Below, in pieces: positions 1 to 11,583 of a DNA stretch of 64,000 nucleotides (its first letter is position 1; every line of letters starts with the position of its first letter). The stretch is taken from positions 2,741-66,740 of the forward strand of contig JAQUVS010000001.1 in NCBI GenBank assembly GCA_028693275.1. Direction: 5' to 3'. The stretch comes from Bacilli bacterium (lineage in GTDB: Bacteria; Bacillota_I; Bacilli_A; RF39; UBA660). A program made the position numbers and the translations under genes. The notes under the pieces are model-generated. The model saw only the letters and a program-made list of their open reading frames with translations. It was not told the DNA's origin and did no database searches.

Positions 1-314
1 ATTACTTTATCGTTATGAATAGCATCTTTTATATTAACTTCATTTATATAGACGTCTTCAATACCTAATACTTCTACAAATCCAAAGCCTTTTCTATTCA
101 TTCTTATAGTCCCTTTTTTTAATGGACTTTTTTCTATAGGCATATATCTATTCTTATTTGACCTATATATCTTATAGTCTTCTAATAGAGTTCTTACTAC
201 TTTTGATAGTTCACTATATTCTTCTGCGGTAGTAAATCCCATCATCTTATCTAAATCTTCTAAAGATAAAGCTCTATCACTATTATTTATTAATTCTAAT
301 ATTTTGTTTTCCAT
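1..314 (-). CDS. rnr: Ribonuclease R, N-terminal part (gene continues beyond window start)
   Basis: Minus-strand translation from ATG at 314..312 gives MENKILELINNSDRALSLEDL...MNRKGFGFVEVLG, an HTH plus cold-shock-like GFGFV N-terminus typical of RNase R. GGTGA SD lies 6 nt upstream. It sits downstream of secG as in B. subtilis. Confidence 0.55.
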   Translation of the reverse strand, partial: MENKILELINNSDRALSLEDLDKMMGFTTAEEYSELSKVVRTLLEDYKIYRSNKNRYMPIEKSPLKKGTIRMNRKGFGFVEVLGIEDVYINEVNIKDAIHNDKV

Positions 315-398
315 ATAATCACCATATGCTTTCTACTATTTATATTATATGTTATCTTGTAAATAAAAACAATAAAAAAAGACCTTACGGTCTATAAT

Positions 399-614
399 TT
401 ACATAAATTCTGCAATAACACTAACAATAAAGAATGTCATTCCTAATAACATAGTTAATCTGCTAATAAATAGTTCAGAACCACGTTCTTTTCTTGTATT
501 AAATAATTCTGAATTACCACCAGAAAATAATTGAGAACCACTCTCTGCTTTATTACTTTGTAATAATACGATTGCTATTAATAAAATAGATATTACTAAT
601 AAGAATGTTTTCAT
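399..614 (-). CDS. secG: Preprotein translocase subunit SecG
   Basis: 71 aa with two hydrophobic helices flanking a Gly/Ser-rich loop (QLFSGGNSELF...GSELF), the typical SecG size and pattern. Position is next to rnr. Confidence 0.65.
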   Translation of the reverse strand: MKTFLLVISILLIAIVLLQSNKAESGSQLFSGGNSELFNTRKERGSELFISRLTMLLGMTFFIVSVIAEFM

Positions 615-678
615 AGTAAAACCTCCTTTACATGACTAGTACTAATTTAACATATTATTTAACAAAAATCAACAAATA

Positions 679-2037
679 CTATTTAGAATTAAGGACATAT
701 TCTTTAAATTCGTCTCCTCTATCTTCACATTGTTTATATTGATCCCATGATGCTGATGCTGGTGAAAGTAATACTACATCTTTTTCTTCTGCAGACTCTT
801 TTGCTAATTGGAAACCGTCTACTAATTTTTCTGTTATAACAGTAGGAATATTATTTTTATCCCCAAACTCTTTTACTCTTTCACGACATTGTCCGATTCC
901 AATTATTTTTTTTATGTTTTTAGAGAAATCTTTTAGTTCATTAAAATCTTGTCCTCTTTCGTATCCTCCAAGAATTATTATTGTTGGCTCTGTAAAAGAA
1001 GATAAGGCTATTTGAGTACATTTTATATTAGTTGCTTCTGTATCATTATAATATTTAGCTCCCTTTATTTCTCCAACATACTCTAATCTATGCTCTACTC
1101 CATAAAAGTTTTCAAGCACTTTTACGATAGAGTTATTGTCTACTTGGAACTCTTTTACTGCTGTAATTGCACACATTATATTTTCCAAGTTATGAATTCC
1201 TTTTATTTTCACATTGTTTATATCAATAATAGGATCATTTTCATAATAAATTTTTCCATCCTTTAAATATGAATTTGCATCTTCTGTTCTACTTGATATA
1301 TATTTTTTTGTAGATAGAATATCTTTTGTTAATTCCAATGATTCTTCATTTTCTTTATTTATAATGGCAATATTATTTTTTGTATGATTTTTAAAAATCT
1401 TACTTTTTACATATTTATAATGATCATAAGTTTTCATAAATTCAATATGAGCCTCAGATATATTTGTTAGAACAGCTACATCTGGATTATATAAATCTGT
1501 ATTTTCTAACTGTTGACAAGATGTTTCTATTACTAATATATCATTTTCTTTTAGTTTATCTAAGAAGCTACATAGTGGATAACCTATATTACCAGTTAAA
1601 TGAACACCTTTTCCTGATTCTTTCAAGAAATTATATATTAATGTTGTAGTTGTTGTTTTACCATTTGTACCTGTTATTCCTATAACTTTAATATTTTTTT
1701 CTTTTGGTATCATTCTATAAGCCATTTCAACTTCATTAATAACTGGAATATTTAGTGAATTAGCTTTTAATACATATTTATGATCTATTGGTACACCAGG
1801 ATTTTTAATTAGATAATCAAATGATTCATCTAATAAATCATCAGGATGTTCACCAAATATGAATTCTACTCCTAGAGATTTTAGTTCATTATATCTTTCT
1901 TCATCATTTTTTGATAGTTCTTTACCATCGTTTAATATTACTTTATTGTTTTTTTGAATAAGAACTTTAGCAGCTTCGTAACCGCTTCTTGCAAATCCTA
2001 ATATTAATATCTTTTTATTTTCAAACATTTTATACAC
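679..2037 (-). CDS. murD: UDP-N-acetylmuramoyl-L-alanine--D-glutamate ligase
   Basis: 452 aa. N-terminal KKILILGFARSG Rossmann-like MurD start, Mur-ligase P-loop GITGTNGKTTTT, C-terminal Mur ligase domain. The alternative start MFENKK is 3 codons in. Confidence 0.85.
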   Translation of the reverse strand: MYKMFENKKILILGFARSGYEAAKVLIQKNNKVILNDGKELSKNDEERYNELKSLGVEFIFGEHPDDLLDESFDYLIKNPGVPIDHKYVLKANSLNIPVINEVEMAYRMIPKEKNIKVIGITGTNGKTTTTTLIYNFLKESGKGVHLTGNIGYPLCSFLDKLKENDILVIETSCQQLENTDLYNPDVAVLTNISEAHIEFMKTYDHYKYVKSKIFKNHTKNNIAIINKENEESLELTKDILSTKKYISSRTEDANSYLKDGKIYYENDPIIDINNVKIKGIHNLENIMCAITAVKEFQVDNNSIVKVLENFYGVEHRLEYVGEIKGAKYYNDTEATNIKCTQIALSSFTEPTIIILGGYERGQDFNELKDFSKNIKKIIGIGQCRERVKEFGDKNNIPTVITEKLVDGFQLAKESAEEKDVVLLSPASASWDQYKQCEDRGDEFKEYVLNSK

Positions 2038-2039
2038 CT

Positions 2040-2095
2040 CATATATATTATACTATATTTAGTGACTTTTTTTAAGGATTCTTTTATAATATATT
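2040..2095. promoter_or_regulatory. Divergent promoter region for murD (minus) and the femAB-family gene (plus)
   Basis: Plus strand: TGACTT (2063-2068), 16-nt spacer, TATAAT (2085-2090). Minus strand: TTAAAA, 17 nt, TATAAT (revcomp of 2047-2052), followed by GAGGTG SD and the murD ATG. Confidence 0.35.
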
Positions 2096-2122
2096 CATTA
2101 AGAATGTAAAATATGATATACT

Positions 2123-3424
2123 ATGGTAATGAATTGGGAGTTGGTTTATTTGAAAATTAAAACACTAGATTATAAAGAATTTGATCATTTTTCTTTAAAA
2201 CATAAGAATAGTAATTATTATCAAACTAGTTACTATGGAAATGTTATGAAAAAGAGTGGTTTTGATGTGGATTATTTAGGTTTTTATAATAATAACAATG
2301 ATTTAATTGGAGCTAGTTTAATATTATCAAAAAAAATATTTATGAATTATAAATTTGCTTATGCTCCTAATGGCTTTTTGATTGATTATACTGATGAAGA
2401 TATTATTACTGATTTAACTTCTAAGTTAAAAAAATTATTTTTAAAACAAAATTATTTATTTTTTAAGATTGATCCTTTAGTTAAGTGTTCTGAAAGAGAT
2501 AGAAATGGTCAAATTATTTCTACTAGTAGAGATACAAAGGGCATATTAGAAATATTAGAGAAAAATGGTTATATACATAATGGATTTAATAAATACTTTG
2601 AAAATTTAAAGCCTAGATGGAATGCTATTACGCGTCTTACTGCTTCTAACGATAAATTATACTATGAGATTAGTAAACAAACTAGAAACAAGATAAATAA
2701 GGCCAATAAGAGGGGTGTAGAAGTATACGAAGGAACAGTTGATGACTTAAGTATCTTTTATAACTTTATAAAGCATAAGCATACTAGATCATTATCTTAT
2801 TATAAAGATTTGTTTGATTGTTATCCTGGTGAAGATATTTCTATTTATTTAGCAAGAATAAATCCTGAAAAATTCGTTAGAAATAGTCAACATATATATG
2901 AAAAAGAAAGTGAAAGAAATAATCAGCTTTATCACGAAATACAAAGTAAACCAATTGATTCTAAGGAGAGAGAAAAATTAATTTCTAAGAAAATGAATTC
3001 TGATAAAGTTTTAGGTATAGCAGAAAGTGATTTAATGTATTCAACTAGATTATTTCAAACTAATCCTGAAGGAATAACTATAGGTGGTATTGTTACTATT
3101 AAATTTAAAGATACTGTTTATTTTATTATGGAAGGCTTTGATAAAAATTATACTTCTTTTAATCCTAATTATCTTCTTAAGTGGGAGTTAATGAAGAAGT
3201 TTAATGAAGAAGAATTCAAAATGATTAATCTTAATGCTGTTAGTGGAGATTTCTCTTTAAAAAATAAATATAAAGGCCTTAATGAGATGAAATTAGGATT
3301 TAATGCTAGTATTTTTGAATATATTGGTGAGTTTGATTATGTGGTTAATAAACCAATATTTAAAATGTATAATATTCAGTTAATGAATAAAACTACTTTA
3401 GAAATAAAAGATAGGTACCGTTAA
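2123..3424 (+). CDS. FemAB-family aminoacyltransferase (peptidoglycan interpeptide-bridge formation)
   Basis: 433 aa, the size of FemX/FemA/FemB. N-terminal region KIKTLDYKEFDHF... is Fem-like. The true start may be TTG at 2150, preceded by GGGAG SD. Confidence 0.55.
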   Translation: MVMNWELVYLKIKTLDYKEFDHFSLKHKNSNYYQTSYYGNVMKKSGFDVDYLGFYNNNNDLIGASLILSKKIFMNYKFAYAPNGFLIDYTDEDIITDLTSKLKKLFLKQNYLFFKIDPLVKCSERDRNGQIISTSRDTKGILEILEKNGYIHNGFNKYFENLKPRWNAITRLTASNDKLYYEISKQTRNKINKANKRGVEVYEGTVDDLSIFYNFIKHKHTRSLSYYKDLFDCYPGEDISIYLARINPEKFVRNSQHIYEKESERNNQLYHEIQSKPIDSKEREKLISKKMNSDKVLGIAESDLMYSTRLFQTNPEGITIGGIVTIKFKDTVYFIMEGFDKNYTSFNPNYLLKWELMKKFNEEEFKMINLNAVSGDFSLKNKYKGLNEMKLGFNASIFEYIGEFDYVVNKPIFKMYNIQLMNKTTLEIKDRYR

Positions 3425-3432
3425 GGTCCTCT

Positions 3433-3473
3433 TTTTTTTGCACAAAAAAAGTAATAGTATTTCTACTATTACT
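3433..3473. terminator. Bidirectional rho-independent terminator between convergent femAB-family gene and tuf
   Basis: Inverted repeats TTTTTTTTG-CA-CAAAAAAA and AGTAATAGTA-TTTC-TACTATTACT, with flanking T/A runs. Confidence 0.5.
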
Positions 3474-3494
3474 AATATTTATATAGTTATTAAA

Positions 3495-4679
3495 TTACTT
3501 AATAATTTCGCTAACTACACCAGCACCAACTGTACGTCCACCTTCACGAATTGAGAACTTAGTTCCGTTTTCAAGAGCGATTGGATGTATCAATTCTACT
3601 GATATACCGATATTATCTCCTGGCATAACCATTTCAACACCAGCTGGTAACTCGATTACTCCAGTTACGTCTGTAGTTCTGAAATAGAATTGAGGACGGT
3701 AATTTCCGAAGAATGGAGTATGTCTTCCACCTTCTTCTTTGCTTAGTACATATACTTCAGCTTTGAATTTAGTATGAGGTGTAACTGATCCAGTTTTAGC
3801 TAGAACTTGTCCACGTTCAACTTCTTCACGAGAAATACCACGTAATAATACACCAGCGTTATCTCCTGCTTCAGCATAGTCTAATTGTTTACGGAACATT
3901 TCAATTCCTGTAACAACTGTTTTTCTTGTATCCTTAATACCAACGATTTCAACTTCGTCATTAAGTTTTAATTGTCCACGTTCAACACGTCCTGTAACAA
4001 CAGTTCCACGACCTGTAATTGTGAATACATCTTCGATACTCATTAAGAATGGTTTAGTATTATCACGTTCTGGAGTTGGAATCCATTCGTCTACTGCATT
4101 CATTAATTGATCGATAGCTTCAACATATTTAGCATCTCCTTCAAGAGCTCTTAATGCTGAACCACGAATAATTGGAGTATTGTCTCCATCAAATCCATAT
4201 TCTGATAATAGATCACGGATTTCCATTTCAACTAATTCTAATAATTCTTCATCATCAACCATATCACATTTGTTCATGAATACTACCATTTTAGGTACAC
4301 CAACTTGACGTGATAATAAGATATGTTCACGAGTTTGTGCCATTGGTCCATCTGTTGCAGCTATAACTAAGATAGCTCCATCCATTTGAGCAGCACCTGT
4401 GATCATGTTCTTAACGTAGTCAGCATGTCCTGGACAGTCTACGTGTGCATAGTGACGTGCTTCTGTTTGATATTCAACGTGTGAAGTATTAATTGTAATC
4501 CCACGTTCTCTTTCTTCTGGAGCTTTATCTATATTTGCATAATCAACAAATTCTCCACCAAATTTTTCTGCTTGTCTTTTTGTAATAGCAGCAGTTAATG
4601 TTGTTTTCCCATGGTCAACGTGTCCGATTGTCCCGATATTAACATGGGTTTTTGTACGATCAAATTTTGCTTTTGCCAT
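3495..4679 (-). CDS. tuf: Elongation factor Tu
   Basis: 394 aa with [18 protein letters not shown] and NKCD GTPase motifs. Full-length EF-Tu. Confidence 0.97.
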   Translation of the reverse strand: MAKAKFDRTKTHVNIGTIGHVDHGKTTLTAAITKRQAEKFGGEFVDYANIDKAPEERERGITINTSHVEYQTEARHYAHVDCPGHADYVKNMITGAAQMDGAILVIAATDGPMAQTREHILLSRQVGVPKMVVFMNKCDMVDDEELLELVEMEIRDLLSEYGFDGDNTPIIRGSALRALEGDAKYVEAIDQLMNAVDEWIPTPERDNTKPFLMSIEDVFTITGRGTVVTGRVERGQLKLNDEVEIVGIKDTRKTVVTGIEMFRKQLDYAEAGDNAGVLLRGISREEVERGQVLAKTGSVTPHTKFKAEVYVLSKEEGGRHTPFFGNYRPQFYFRTTDVTGVIELPAGVEMVMPGDNIGISVELIHPIALENGTKFSIREGGRTVGAGVVSEIIK

Positions 4680-4711
4680 TTGTATTTCCTCCTTTATTTA
4701 TTTACTATTAT

Positions 4712-4740
4712 ATTTTATCTAACAATTGAATTTTTTTCAA
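4712..4740 (-). promoter_or_regulatory. Candidate internal promoter for tuf
   Basis: Minus strand TTGAAA, 17 nt, TAAAAT, then AAGGAGG SD and ATG. An imperfect hairpin plus T-run lies just downstream of the fusA stop (4750-4783). Confidence 0.3.
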
Positions 4741-4784
4741 CTGTTTTGATACTTATTTAAAATACAATTGTCTATTTTTTATTA

Positions 4785-6854
4785 TTAATTACCGCTTTTT
4801 TTGATTATTTCATCAGCGATATTTCTTGGAACTTCTTCGTATGAATCAAATAACATAATGAAGTTTCCTCTTCCTTGTGTATTAGAACGTAAACTTGTTG
4901 CGTATCCAAACATTTCTGAAAGTGGAACCATTGCACTTAGCTTGATTGCATTACCAACTGATTCTTGTCCTAACGGACGTCCACGACGGCTTGTTAAGTC
5001 TCCCATTACATTTCCAAAATATTCATCTGGAACAGTAACGTCAACTTTCATTATTGGTTCAAGTAAAACTGGTTTACATTTATTTTTTGCTTCTTTTAGT
5101 GCGAAACTAGCAGCAATTTTAAATGCCATTTCATTTGAATCGACATCATGGTAAGAACCATCGAATAATGTTGCTTTAACATCTATCATTGGATATCCAG
5201 CTAAAATACCAGATTTAAGAGCTTCATCAAGTCCTTTTCCAACAACTGGTATATATTCACGAGGAACAACACCACCAACGATTGCATCAACGAATTCAAA
5301 ACCTTTTTCTGGATTTGGTTCAAATTTAACCCAAACATGTCCATATTGTCCACGTCCTCCAGATTGTTTAACATATTTACCTTCACAATCAGCAGCTTGT
5401 CTAATTGTTTCACGGTAAGCAACTTGTGGTTTACCAGTATTTGCTTCTACAGCAAATTCTCTTCTCATTCTATCAACAAGTACATCTAAGTGTAATTCAC
5501 CCATACCTGAAATAACAGTTTGACCTGTTTCGTGGTCTGTATGAACTCTAAATGTAGGATCTTCTTCAGAAAGTTTTTGAAGAGCAATTCCCATTTTATC
5601 TTGATCTGCTTTTGATTTTGGTTCAACAGATAATTGGATAACTGGTTCTGGGAATTCCATACTTTCAAGAATAACTGCTTTCTTTTCGTCACATAATGTG
5701 TCTCCAGTTGTAGTATTCTTTAATCCAACAGCAGCAGCTATATCTCCTGTATATACATCAGTTATTTCTGTTCTGTTATTAGCATGCATCAATAAGATAC
5801 GTCCAACTCTTTCTTTAGCATCTTTAGTTGAATTTAATACATATGAACCACTTGATAAGTGTCCTGAATAAACTCTAAAGAAAGTTAATCTACCAACGAA
5901 TGGATCTGTCATAACTTTAAAAGCTAAAGCTGAGAATGGTTCTTTATCATCAGGATGTCTTTGAACAAGATTTCCATCTAAATCAGTACCATCTATTGAA
6001 GCAATATCAGTTGGTGACGGTAAATAATCAATAACTGCATCTAATAAAAGTTTAACACCCTTATTTCCTAGAGCAGTACCACACATAACTGGGAAGAATT
6101 TAACTTCAAGAGTTCCTTTACGGATTGCTCTTTTAATCATTTCGATTGTAATTTCTCCACCTTCAAGGTAAGCATTCATCATTTCATCATCAAATTCTGC
6201 TATCGTATCTAATAATTCAGCACGTTTTGTTTCTGCTGTTTCTTTTAAGTGTGCTGGAATTTCAATTTCAACACTGTCTTCATTTTCTTTTCCATCATAC
6301 TTATAAGCTTTCATTGTAACTAAATCAATAACTCCTTCGAATTCTGATTCAGCTCCAATTGGCCATTCAATAGGTTTTGCATTAACTCCTAATCTTGAAT
6401 CTATACTCTTTAAAGTATATTCGAAGTTTGCTCCCATTTTGTCCATTTTATTTGCAAATATTAAACGAGGAACAGAAAATTCTGTTGCTTGTCTCCAAAC
6501 TGTTTCAGTTTGAGGTTCAACACCTGCTTGAGCATCTAATAAAGCGATAGCTCCATCTAATACTCTTAAACTACGACTTACTTCTACAGTAAAATCAACG
6601 TGCCCAGGAGTATCGATTATATTAAATCTATAACCTTTCCAGTGTGCAGTTGTAGCTGCTGAAGTAATTGTAATTCCACGTTCTTGTTCTTGTGCCATCC
6701 AGTCCATTTGAGAAGCTCCATCATGAGTTTCTCCAATTTTATGGATTTTTTTTGTATGGAATAATACACGTTCAGTACAAGTAGTTTTACCTGCATCGAT
6801 ATGTGCCATTATCCCAAAATTTCTTGTATGTTCTAAAGACGTTTCACGAGCCAT
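4785..6854 (-). CDS. fusA: Elongation factor G
   Basis: 689 aa. [17 protein letters not shown] and NKMD motifs. Full EF-G domain set. Confidence 0.97.
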   Translation of the reverse strand: MARETSLEHTRNFGIMAHIDAGKTTCTERVLFHTKKIHKIGETHDGASQMDWMAQEQERGITITSAATTAHWKGYRFNIIDTPGHVDFTVEVSRSLRVLDGAIALLDAQAGVEPQTETVWRQATEFSVPRLIFANKMDKMGANFEYTLKSIDSRLGVNAKPIEWPIGAESEFEGVIDLVTMKAYKYDGKENEDSVEIEIPAHLKETAETKRAELLDTIAEFDDEMMNAYLEGGEITIEMIKRAIRKGTLEVKFFPVMCGTALGNKGVKLLLDAVIDYLPSPTDIASIDGTDLDGNLVQRHPDDKEPFSALAFKVMTDPFVGRLTFFRVYSGHLSSGSYVLNSTKDAKERVGRILLMHANNRTEITDVYTGDIAAAVGLKNTTTGDTLCDEKKAVILESMEFPEPVIQLSVEPKSKADQDKMGIALQKLSEEDPTFRVHTDHETGQTVISGMGELHLDVLVDRMRREFAVEANTGKPQVAYRETIRQAADCEGKYVKQSGGRGQYGHVWVKFEPNPEKGFEFVDAIVGGVVPREYIPVVGKGLDEALKSGILAGYPMIDVKATLFDGSYHDVDSNEMAFKIAASFALKEAKNKCKPVLLEPIMKVDVTVPDEYFGNVMGDLTSRRGRPLGQESVGNAIKLSAMVPLSEMFGYATSLRSNTQGRGNFIMLFDSYEEVPRNIADEIIKKSGN

Positions 6855-6869
6855 ATAATTACTCCTCTC

Positions 6870-7337
6870 TTACCATCTATAATGTGCAAATGCTTTGTTA
6901 GCTTCTGCCATTCTATGTGTATCTTCACGTTTTTTAACAGCTGCACCAGTTGAGTTTGATGCATCTATAATTTCGTTAGCTAAATTTTCAGCCATACCTT
7001 TTCCGCCTCTTAATCTAGCATAGTTAACTAACCAACGTAATCCCAAAGCTTGAGATCTGTCTGCGCTAACTTCTATTGGTACTTGATAGTTAGAACCACC
7101 TACACGGCGAGATTTAACTTCTAGTAATGGTTTAATATTTTCTAATGCTTTATTAAAGATTTCAAGTGGATTTTCTCCAGTCTTTTCTTTAATTATATCA
7201 AAAGCATCATATAAAATTGTTTGAGCTTTTCCTTTTTTACCATCTAACATAATTCTATTAATTAGTTTAGTTACAACTTTTGAATTGTACATTGGATCTG
7301 CTAAAACATCTCTTTTTACTGCACGTCTCTTACGCAT
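6870..7337 (-). CDS. rpsG: 30S ribosomal protein S7
   Basis: 155 aa. [28 protein letters not shown] is the canonical S7 N-terminus. Confidence 0.95.
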   Translation of the reverse strand: MRKRRAVKRDVLADPMYNSKVVTKLINRIMLDGKKGKAQTILYDAFDIIKEKTGENPLEIFNKALENIKPLLEVKSRRVGGSNYQVPIEVSADRSQALGLRWLVNYARLRGGKGMAENLANEIIDASNSTGAAVKKREDTHRMAEANKAFAHYRW

Positions 7338-7360
7338 AATATATTCCTCCCTTCGTTATT

Positions 7361-7780
7361 TTAGTTTTTAGCCTTTGGTCTTTTTGCTCCGTATTTTGAA
7401 CGAGCTTGTTTTCTATCTTTAACACCAGCAGTATCTAATGTACCACGGATTATATGATAACGAACCCCGATCAAATCCTTAACACGTCCTCCACGAATTA
7501 ATACAACACTATGTTCTTGTAGGTTGTGACCAATTCCAGGAATGTAGCAAGTTACTTCTGTACCGTTACTTAAACGAACACGAGCATATTTACGTAATGC
7601 TGAGTTTGGTTTTTTTGGAGTCATTGTTCCAACACGAGTACAAACTCCACGTTTTTGTGGTGAAGCTAAATCTACTGTTTCGTTAGCTATTGTATTTAAT
7701 CTGTAACCAAGTACAGGTGATTTACTTTTTCTAACTTTATCTTCTCTGTTTTTTCTTACTAATTGTTGAATTGTAGGCAT
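7361..7780 (-). CDS. rpsL: 30S ribosomal protein S12
   Basis: [10 protein letters not shown]... start at 7780 with AGGAGA SD. 139 aa. The track ORF is extended 5' through the promoter region, which is spurious. Confidence 0.92.
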   Translation of the reverse strand: MPTIQQLVRKNREDKVRKSKSPVLGYRLNTIANETVDLASPQKRGVCTRVGTMTPKKPNSALRKYARVRLSNGTEVTCYIPGIGHNLQEHSVVLIRGGRVKDLIGVRYHIIRGTLDTAGVKDRKQARSKYGAKRPKAKN

Positions 7781-7877
7781 AATTTCCGTCTCCTTTCTAT
7801 GCACATATCCAGGTGTGTCATTTTTGTTTATAAAATTAAGCTTTGCGACAGCAAAACCTAAATTTATCAGCGTAATT

Positions 7878-7906
7878 AATATATCATTTATGTTATTTAA
7901 TGTCAA
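7878..7906 (-). promoter_or_regulatory. Promoter of the rpsL-rpsG-fusA-tuf (str) operon
   Basis: Minus strand TTGACA (revcomp 7901-7906), 17-nt spacer, TATATT (revcomp 7878-7883). Confidence 0.45.
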
Positions 7907-7926
7907 GTATTTTATTTATTAATAGC

Positions 7927-7951
7927 AAAAAGAAAAGGAATTAAAAATTCC
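7927..7951 (-). terminator. Rho-independent terminator after rpoC
   Basis: Minus strand: TAG stop, then GGAATT-TTTA-AATTCC hairpin, then TTTTCTTTTT. Confidence 0.55.
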
Positions 7952-10900
7952 TATTCCATAAATGCATCTTCTAATGTTTCTAATGGTTCTTCATCAATAA
8001 ATTGACTTTGAAGTTCATAATCAACATTATTATAATTTTTGATACCTGTACCTGCTGGTATAAGTTTACCAATAATTACATTTTCTTTTAATCCTTGAAG
8101 ATTATCTACTTTTCCTCTTATTGCTGCATCTGTTAAGATTCTTGTTGTTTCTTGGAATGATGCTGCTGATAAGAATGAATCTGTTTCTAAAGAAGCTTTT
8201 GTTATACCAAGTAGAACTGGTCTACCAAGTGAAGGTTTTTTACCCTTAAGGATAACTTCCTTATTTTCTTCTTTAAAATCATGGAAATTAACTAATGATC
8301 CTGGAAGGAATTTAGTATTTCCAGCCTCGATAATTCTCATTTTAGAAATCATTCTACTTGCTATAACTTCAACGTGCTTATCTGAGATATCAACACCTTG
8401 GCTACGGTAAGTATATTGAACTTCTTTAAGGATATATTCTTGAGTTGTTAATGGATCTGTTACAGCAAGTAATTCTTTAGGGCTAATTGCACCTTCAGTT
8501 AATTTATCCCCTGCAGTTACCATTTCTCCATCTGCTACTCTTAATTTAACACCATAGTTAGATACATGTTCTTTTGTTTCAACATCATTTTTAACACTGA
8601 TTTTGAATTTTCCATGTTCTTCTGTGATTTTTACTACTTTACCTGTTACTTCAGATACTGTAGCTTTACACTTAGGATTACGTGCTTCAAATAATTCTTG
8701 AATACGTGGTAACCCTTGAGTGATATCTTCTCCACCGGCAACACCACCTGTATGGAAAGTTCTCATTGTAAGCTGAGTACCAGGTTCACCGATTGATTGA
8801 GCTGCCATTATACCAACTGCTTCTCCAATTTCAACCATATTACCTGTTGCTAAATTACGTCCGTAACATTTTCTACATACACCATTTTGTGTGTCACAAG
8901 TTAATACTGTTCTGATTTCTACTTCTTCGATACCAGCATCAATAATCTTAGTTGCAAGATTTTCAGTTATCATTTCTAATTTATCTACAATAACATCTTT
9001 AGTCTTAGGATTAATAACTTTCTTATTAGCAAATCTACCAACAATTCTGTCATATAATCCTTCGATTACAGCTCCTGTTTTATCATTTATGAATGATTTA
9101 ACTACTACACCTTGATCAGTTCCACAATCATCTTCTCTTACGATTACATCTTGTGATACGTCAACTAAACGTCTTGTTAAATATCCTGAATCGGCAGTTT
9201 TTAACGCTGTATCGGCACTACCTTTACGTGCTCCGTGGGTAGATAAGAAGAATTCTGATACAGATAGTCCTTCTCTAAATGAAGATAATACTGGGATTTC
9301 TACTGATTCCCCATTTGGCTTAGCCATTAATCCACGCATACCTGCAATTTGAGTAAAGTTAGAGATATTACCACGAGCTTTTGAATGCATCATCATGAAG
9401 ATTGGATTATCTATGTCTGCATTAGCTTTTTCTTGTAGTTCTGCTTGTACTTTATCTTTTGCTTGATTCCATGTATCAATTACTTTTTCATATCTTTCTT
9501 CATTAGTAATTAAACCACGTCTATATTGTTTATTAATATTATCTACAACTTTTTTAGCTTCAGTTACTATTTCATCTTTTGTATCACTAGTAACAACATC
9601 ACTAATTGAAATTGTTATACCAGCGATTGTAGAATATTTAAATCCTAAATCTTTAAGTTTATCTAGCATAACTGAAGTTTCTGTTGTTTTATATCTTTTA
9701 AATATTTGAGCAATTATCTTTTCTAAAACTCCCTTAGCAAATGGTTTTACTAATGGCATAGCAGATATTGCTTCTTTAATATTCGTTCCTTTATCAAGGA
9801 AATATTTACTTGGAGTTATATTTTTAATATTTTCATCAGTTGGTTCATTTATATAAGCAAATGAATCTGGTAGTATTTCATTAAAAATAATTTTTCCAAT
9901 AGTAGTTACTAAGAATTTACCATGTTGTTCTTCAGTAAATAATTTATATTTGAAAGAATCTACTGCTACTGCAATTCTTGTATGTAGAGTAACTTCTCTT
10001 CTTTCGTAAGCCATAAGGGCTTCATTTGTATTTTTAAAGATTCTTCCTTCACCTTCAAGGGAAGCACGTTCCATTGTAAGATAATAGTTACCTAAAACCA
10101 TATCTTGTGATGGAGTAACGATTGGATCTCCTGATTTTGGATGAAGAATATTATTTGCACCAAGCATTAATAATCTTGCTTCTGTTTTTGCTTCTTCTGA
10201 TAGTGGTACATGCACTGCCATTTGATCTCCATCGAAATCGGCATTGAATGCAGTACAAACTAGGGGATGAAGTCTAATAGCTTTTCCACCTATTAAGATA
10301 GGTTCAAACGCTTGAATTCCTAGTCTATGTAGAGTAGGTGCACGATTTAATAATACTGGATGTTCATGAATTACTTCTTCAACAATATCCCATACTATAG
10401 GGTCTTGGTTTTCTATAATTCTTTTAGCAGCCTTAATATTATGTGCAATATCTTTACTTACAAGACCGTTAATAACATGTGGTTTAAATAATTCTAGAGC
10501 CATTTCTTTAGGCAATCCACATTGGTACATTTTTAAGCTTGGACCAACTACGATAACTGAACGTCCTGAATAGTCAACACGTTTACCTAATAAGTTTTGA
10601 CGGAAACGTCCTTGTTTACCTTTAAGCATACTTGATAAAGATTTAAGAGGTCTATTTCCTGCTCCTGTTACACTTCTACCACGTCTACCATTATCAAATA
10701 ATGAATCAACAGCTTCTTGTAACATACGTTTTTCATTTTGAATAATTATTCCAGGAGCTCCTAGATCAATTAATTTCTTTAAACGATTATTACGGTTAAT
10801 AACACGTCTATATAAATCATTTAAATCACTAGTTGCAAATCTACCACCATCCAATTGAATCATTGGTCTTAAATCTGGCGGGATTACTGGAATACAATCT

Positions 10901-11583
10901 AGAATCATCCATTCTGGTTTATTACCAGATTTTTGGAATGCATCTAGTATATCTATACGTTTAACTAATCTAACTCTTTTTTGTCCTTGAGCATCTTCTA
11001 AAGATTTATTAATTTCAGCTATTTCTTTTTCAAGATCAACTTGTTTCAATAATTCTTTAACTGCTTCAGCTCCCATACCAACTTTAAAGCTATTACCATA
11101 TTTTTCATAGTAAGCTCTGTATTCTTTCTCTGAAAGAGTTTGTTTATTTTCTAAAGGAGTATTTCCTTTATCAATAACAACATAACTTACAAAATATAAT
11201 ACTTCTTCTAGGTCTCTTGGGCTCATATCAAGTACTAGTCCCATACGTGATGGAACACCTTTAAAGAACCAAATATGAGAAACAGGAGTTGCAAGTTCAA
11301 TGTGTCCCATTCTTTCACGTCTAACTTTAGAACGTGTTACTTCAACTCCACATCTGTCACATACTATATTTTTATATCTAACTCTTTTGTATTTTCCACA
11401 AGAACATTCAAAATCTTTAGATGGTCCAAATATTTTTTCACAGAATAATCCATCTCTTTCAGGTCTTAAAGTACGATAGTTAATTGTTTCAGGTTTTTTT
11501 ACTTCTCCGTATGACCATTCACGAATTTTTTCAGGAGATGCAATACCAATTTTTAATGCTTCAAATTTATCAACAGCTAACAT
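7951..11583 (-). CDS. rpoC: DNA-directed RNA polymerase subunit beta-prime
   Basis: 1210 aa. Zn-finger CxxC...CxxC, NADFDGD catalytic motif, trigger loop. Start overlaps the rpoB stop (TAATG). Confidence 0.97.
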   Translation of the reverse strand: MLAVDKFEALKIGIASPEKIREWSYGEVKKPETINYRTLRPERDGLFCEKIFGPSKDFECSCGKYKRVRYKNIVCDRCGVEVTRSKVRRERMGHIELATPVSHIWFFKGVPSRMGLVLDMSPRDLEEVLYFVSYVVIDKGNTPLENKQTLSEKEYRAYYEKYGNSFKVGMGAEAVKELLKQVDLEKEIAEINKSLEDAQGQKRVRLVKRIDILDAFQKSGNKPEWMILDCIPVIPPDLRPMIQLDGGRFATSDLNDLYRRVINRNNRLKKLIDLGAPGIIIQNEKRMLQEAVDSLFDNGRRGRSVTGAGNRPLKSLSSMLKGKQGRFRQNLLGKRVDYSGRSVIVVGPSLKMYQCGLPKEMALELFKPHVINGLVSKDIAHNIKAAKRIIENQDPIVWDIVEEVIHEHPVLLNRAPTLHRLGIQAFEPILIGGKAIRLHPLVCTAFNADFDGDQMAVHVPLSEEAKTEARLLMLGANNILHPKSGDPIVTPSQDMVLGNYYLTMERASLEGEGRIFKNTNEALMAYERREVTLHTRIAVAVDSFKYKLFTEEQHGKFLVTTIGKIIFNEILPDSFAYINEPTDENIKNITPSKYFLDKGTNIKEAISAMPLVKPFAKGVLEKIIAQIFKRYKTTETSVMLDKLKDLGFKYSTIAGITISISDVVTSDTKDEIVTEAKKVVDNINKQYRRGLITNEERYEKVIDTWNQAKDKVQAELQEKANADIDNPIFMMMHSKARGNISNFTQIAGMRGLMAKPNGESVEIPVLSSFREGLSVSEFFLSTHGARKGSADTALKTADSGYLTRRLVDVSQDVIVREDDCGTDQGVVVKSFINDKTGAVIEGLYDRIVGRFANKKVINPKTKDVIVDKLEMITENLATKIIDAGIEEVEIRTVLTCDTQNGVCRKCYGRNLATGNMVEIGEAVGIMAAQSIGEPGTQLTMRTFHTGGVAGGEDITQGLPRIQELFEARNPKCKATVSEVTGKVVKITEEHGKFKISVKNDVETKEHVSNYGVKLRVADGEMVTAGDKLTEGAISPKELLAVTDPLTTQEYILKEVQYTYRSQGVDISDKHVEVIASRMISKMRIIEAGNTKFLPGSLVNFHDFKEENKEVILKGKKPSLGRPVLLGITKASLETDSFLSAASFQETTRILTDAAIRGKVDNLQGLKENVIIGKLIPAGTGIKNYNNVDYELQSQFIDEEPLETLEDAFME

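Noticed and set aside
4801-5154. Plus-strand ORFs inside fusA, rpoC, rpoB, mnmE, mnmG, secA, argS, ychF, the DHH gene and others (e.g. 8891-9115, 11689-11871, 32249-32446, 42836-43285, 61991-62395)
   Set aside because: All are embedded antisense in highly conserved genes and have low-complexity composition. They have no SD or start-context support. They are expected by chance in AT-rich DNA with few stop codons on the antisense strand.
7781-7906. 5' extension of the rpsL ORF ([17 protein letters not shown]...)
   Set aside because: The extension runs through the str-operon promoter (TTGACA-17-TATATT). The true S12 start MPTIQQ at 7780 has an AGGAGA SD.
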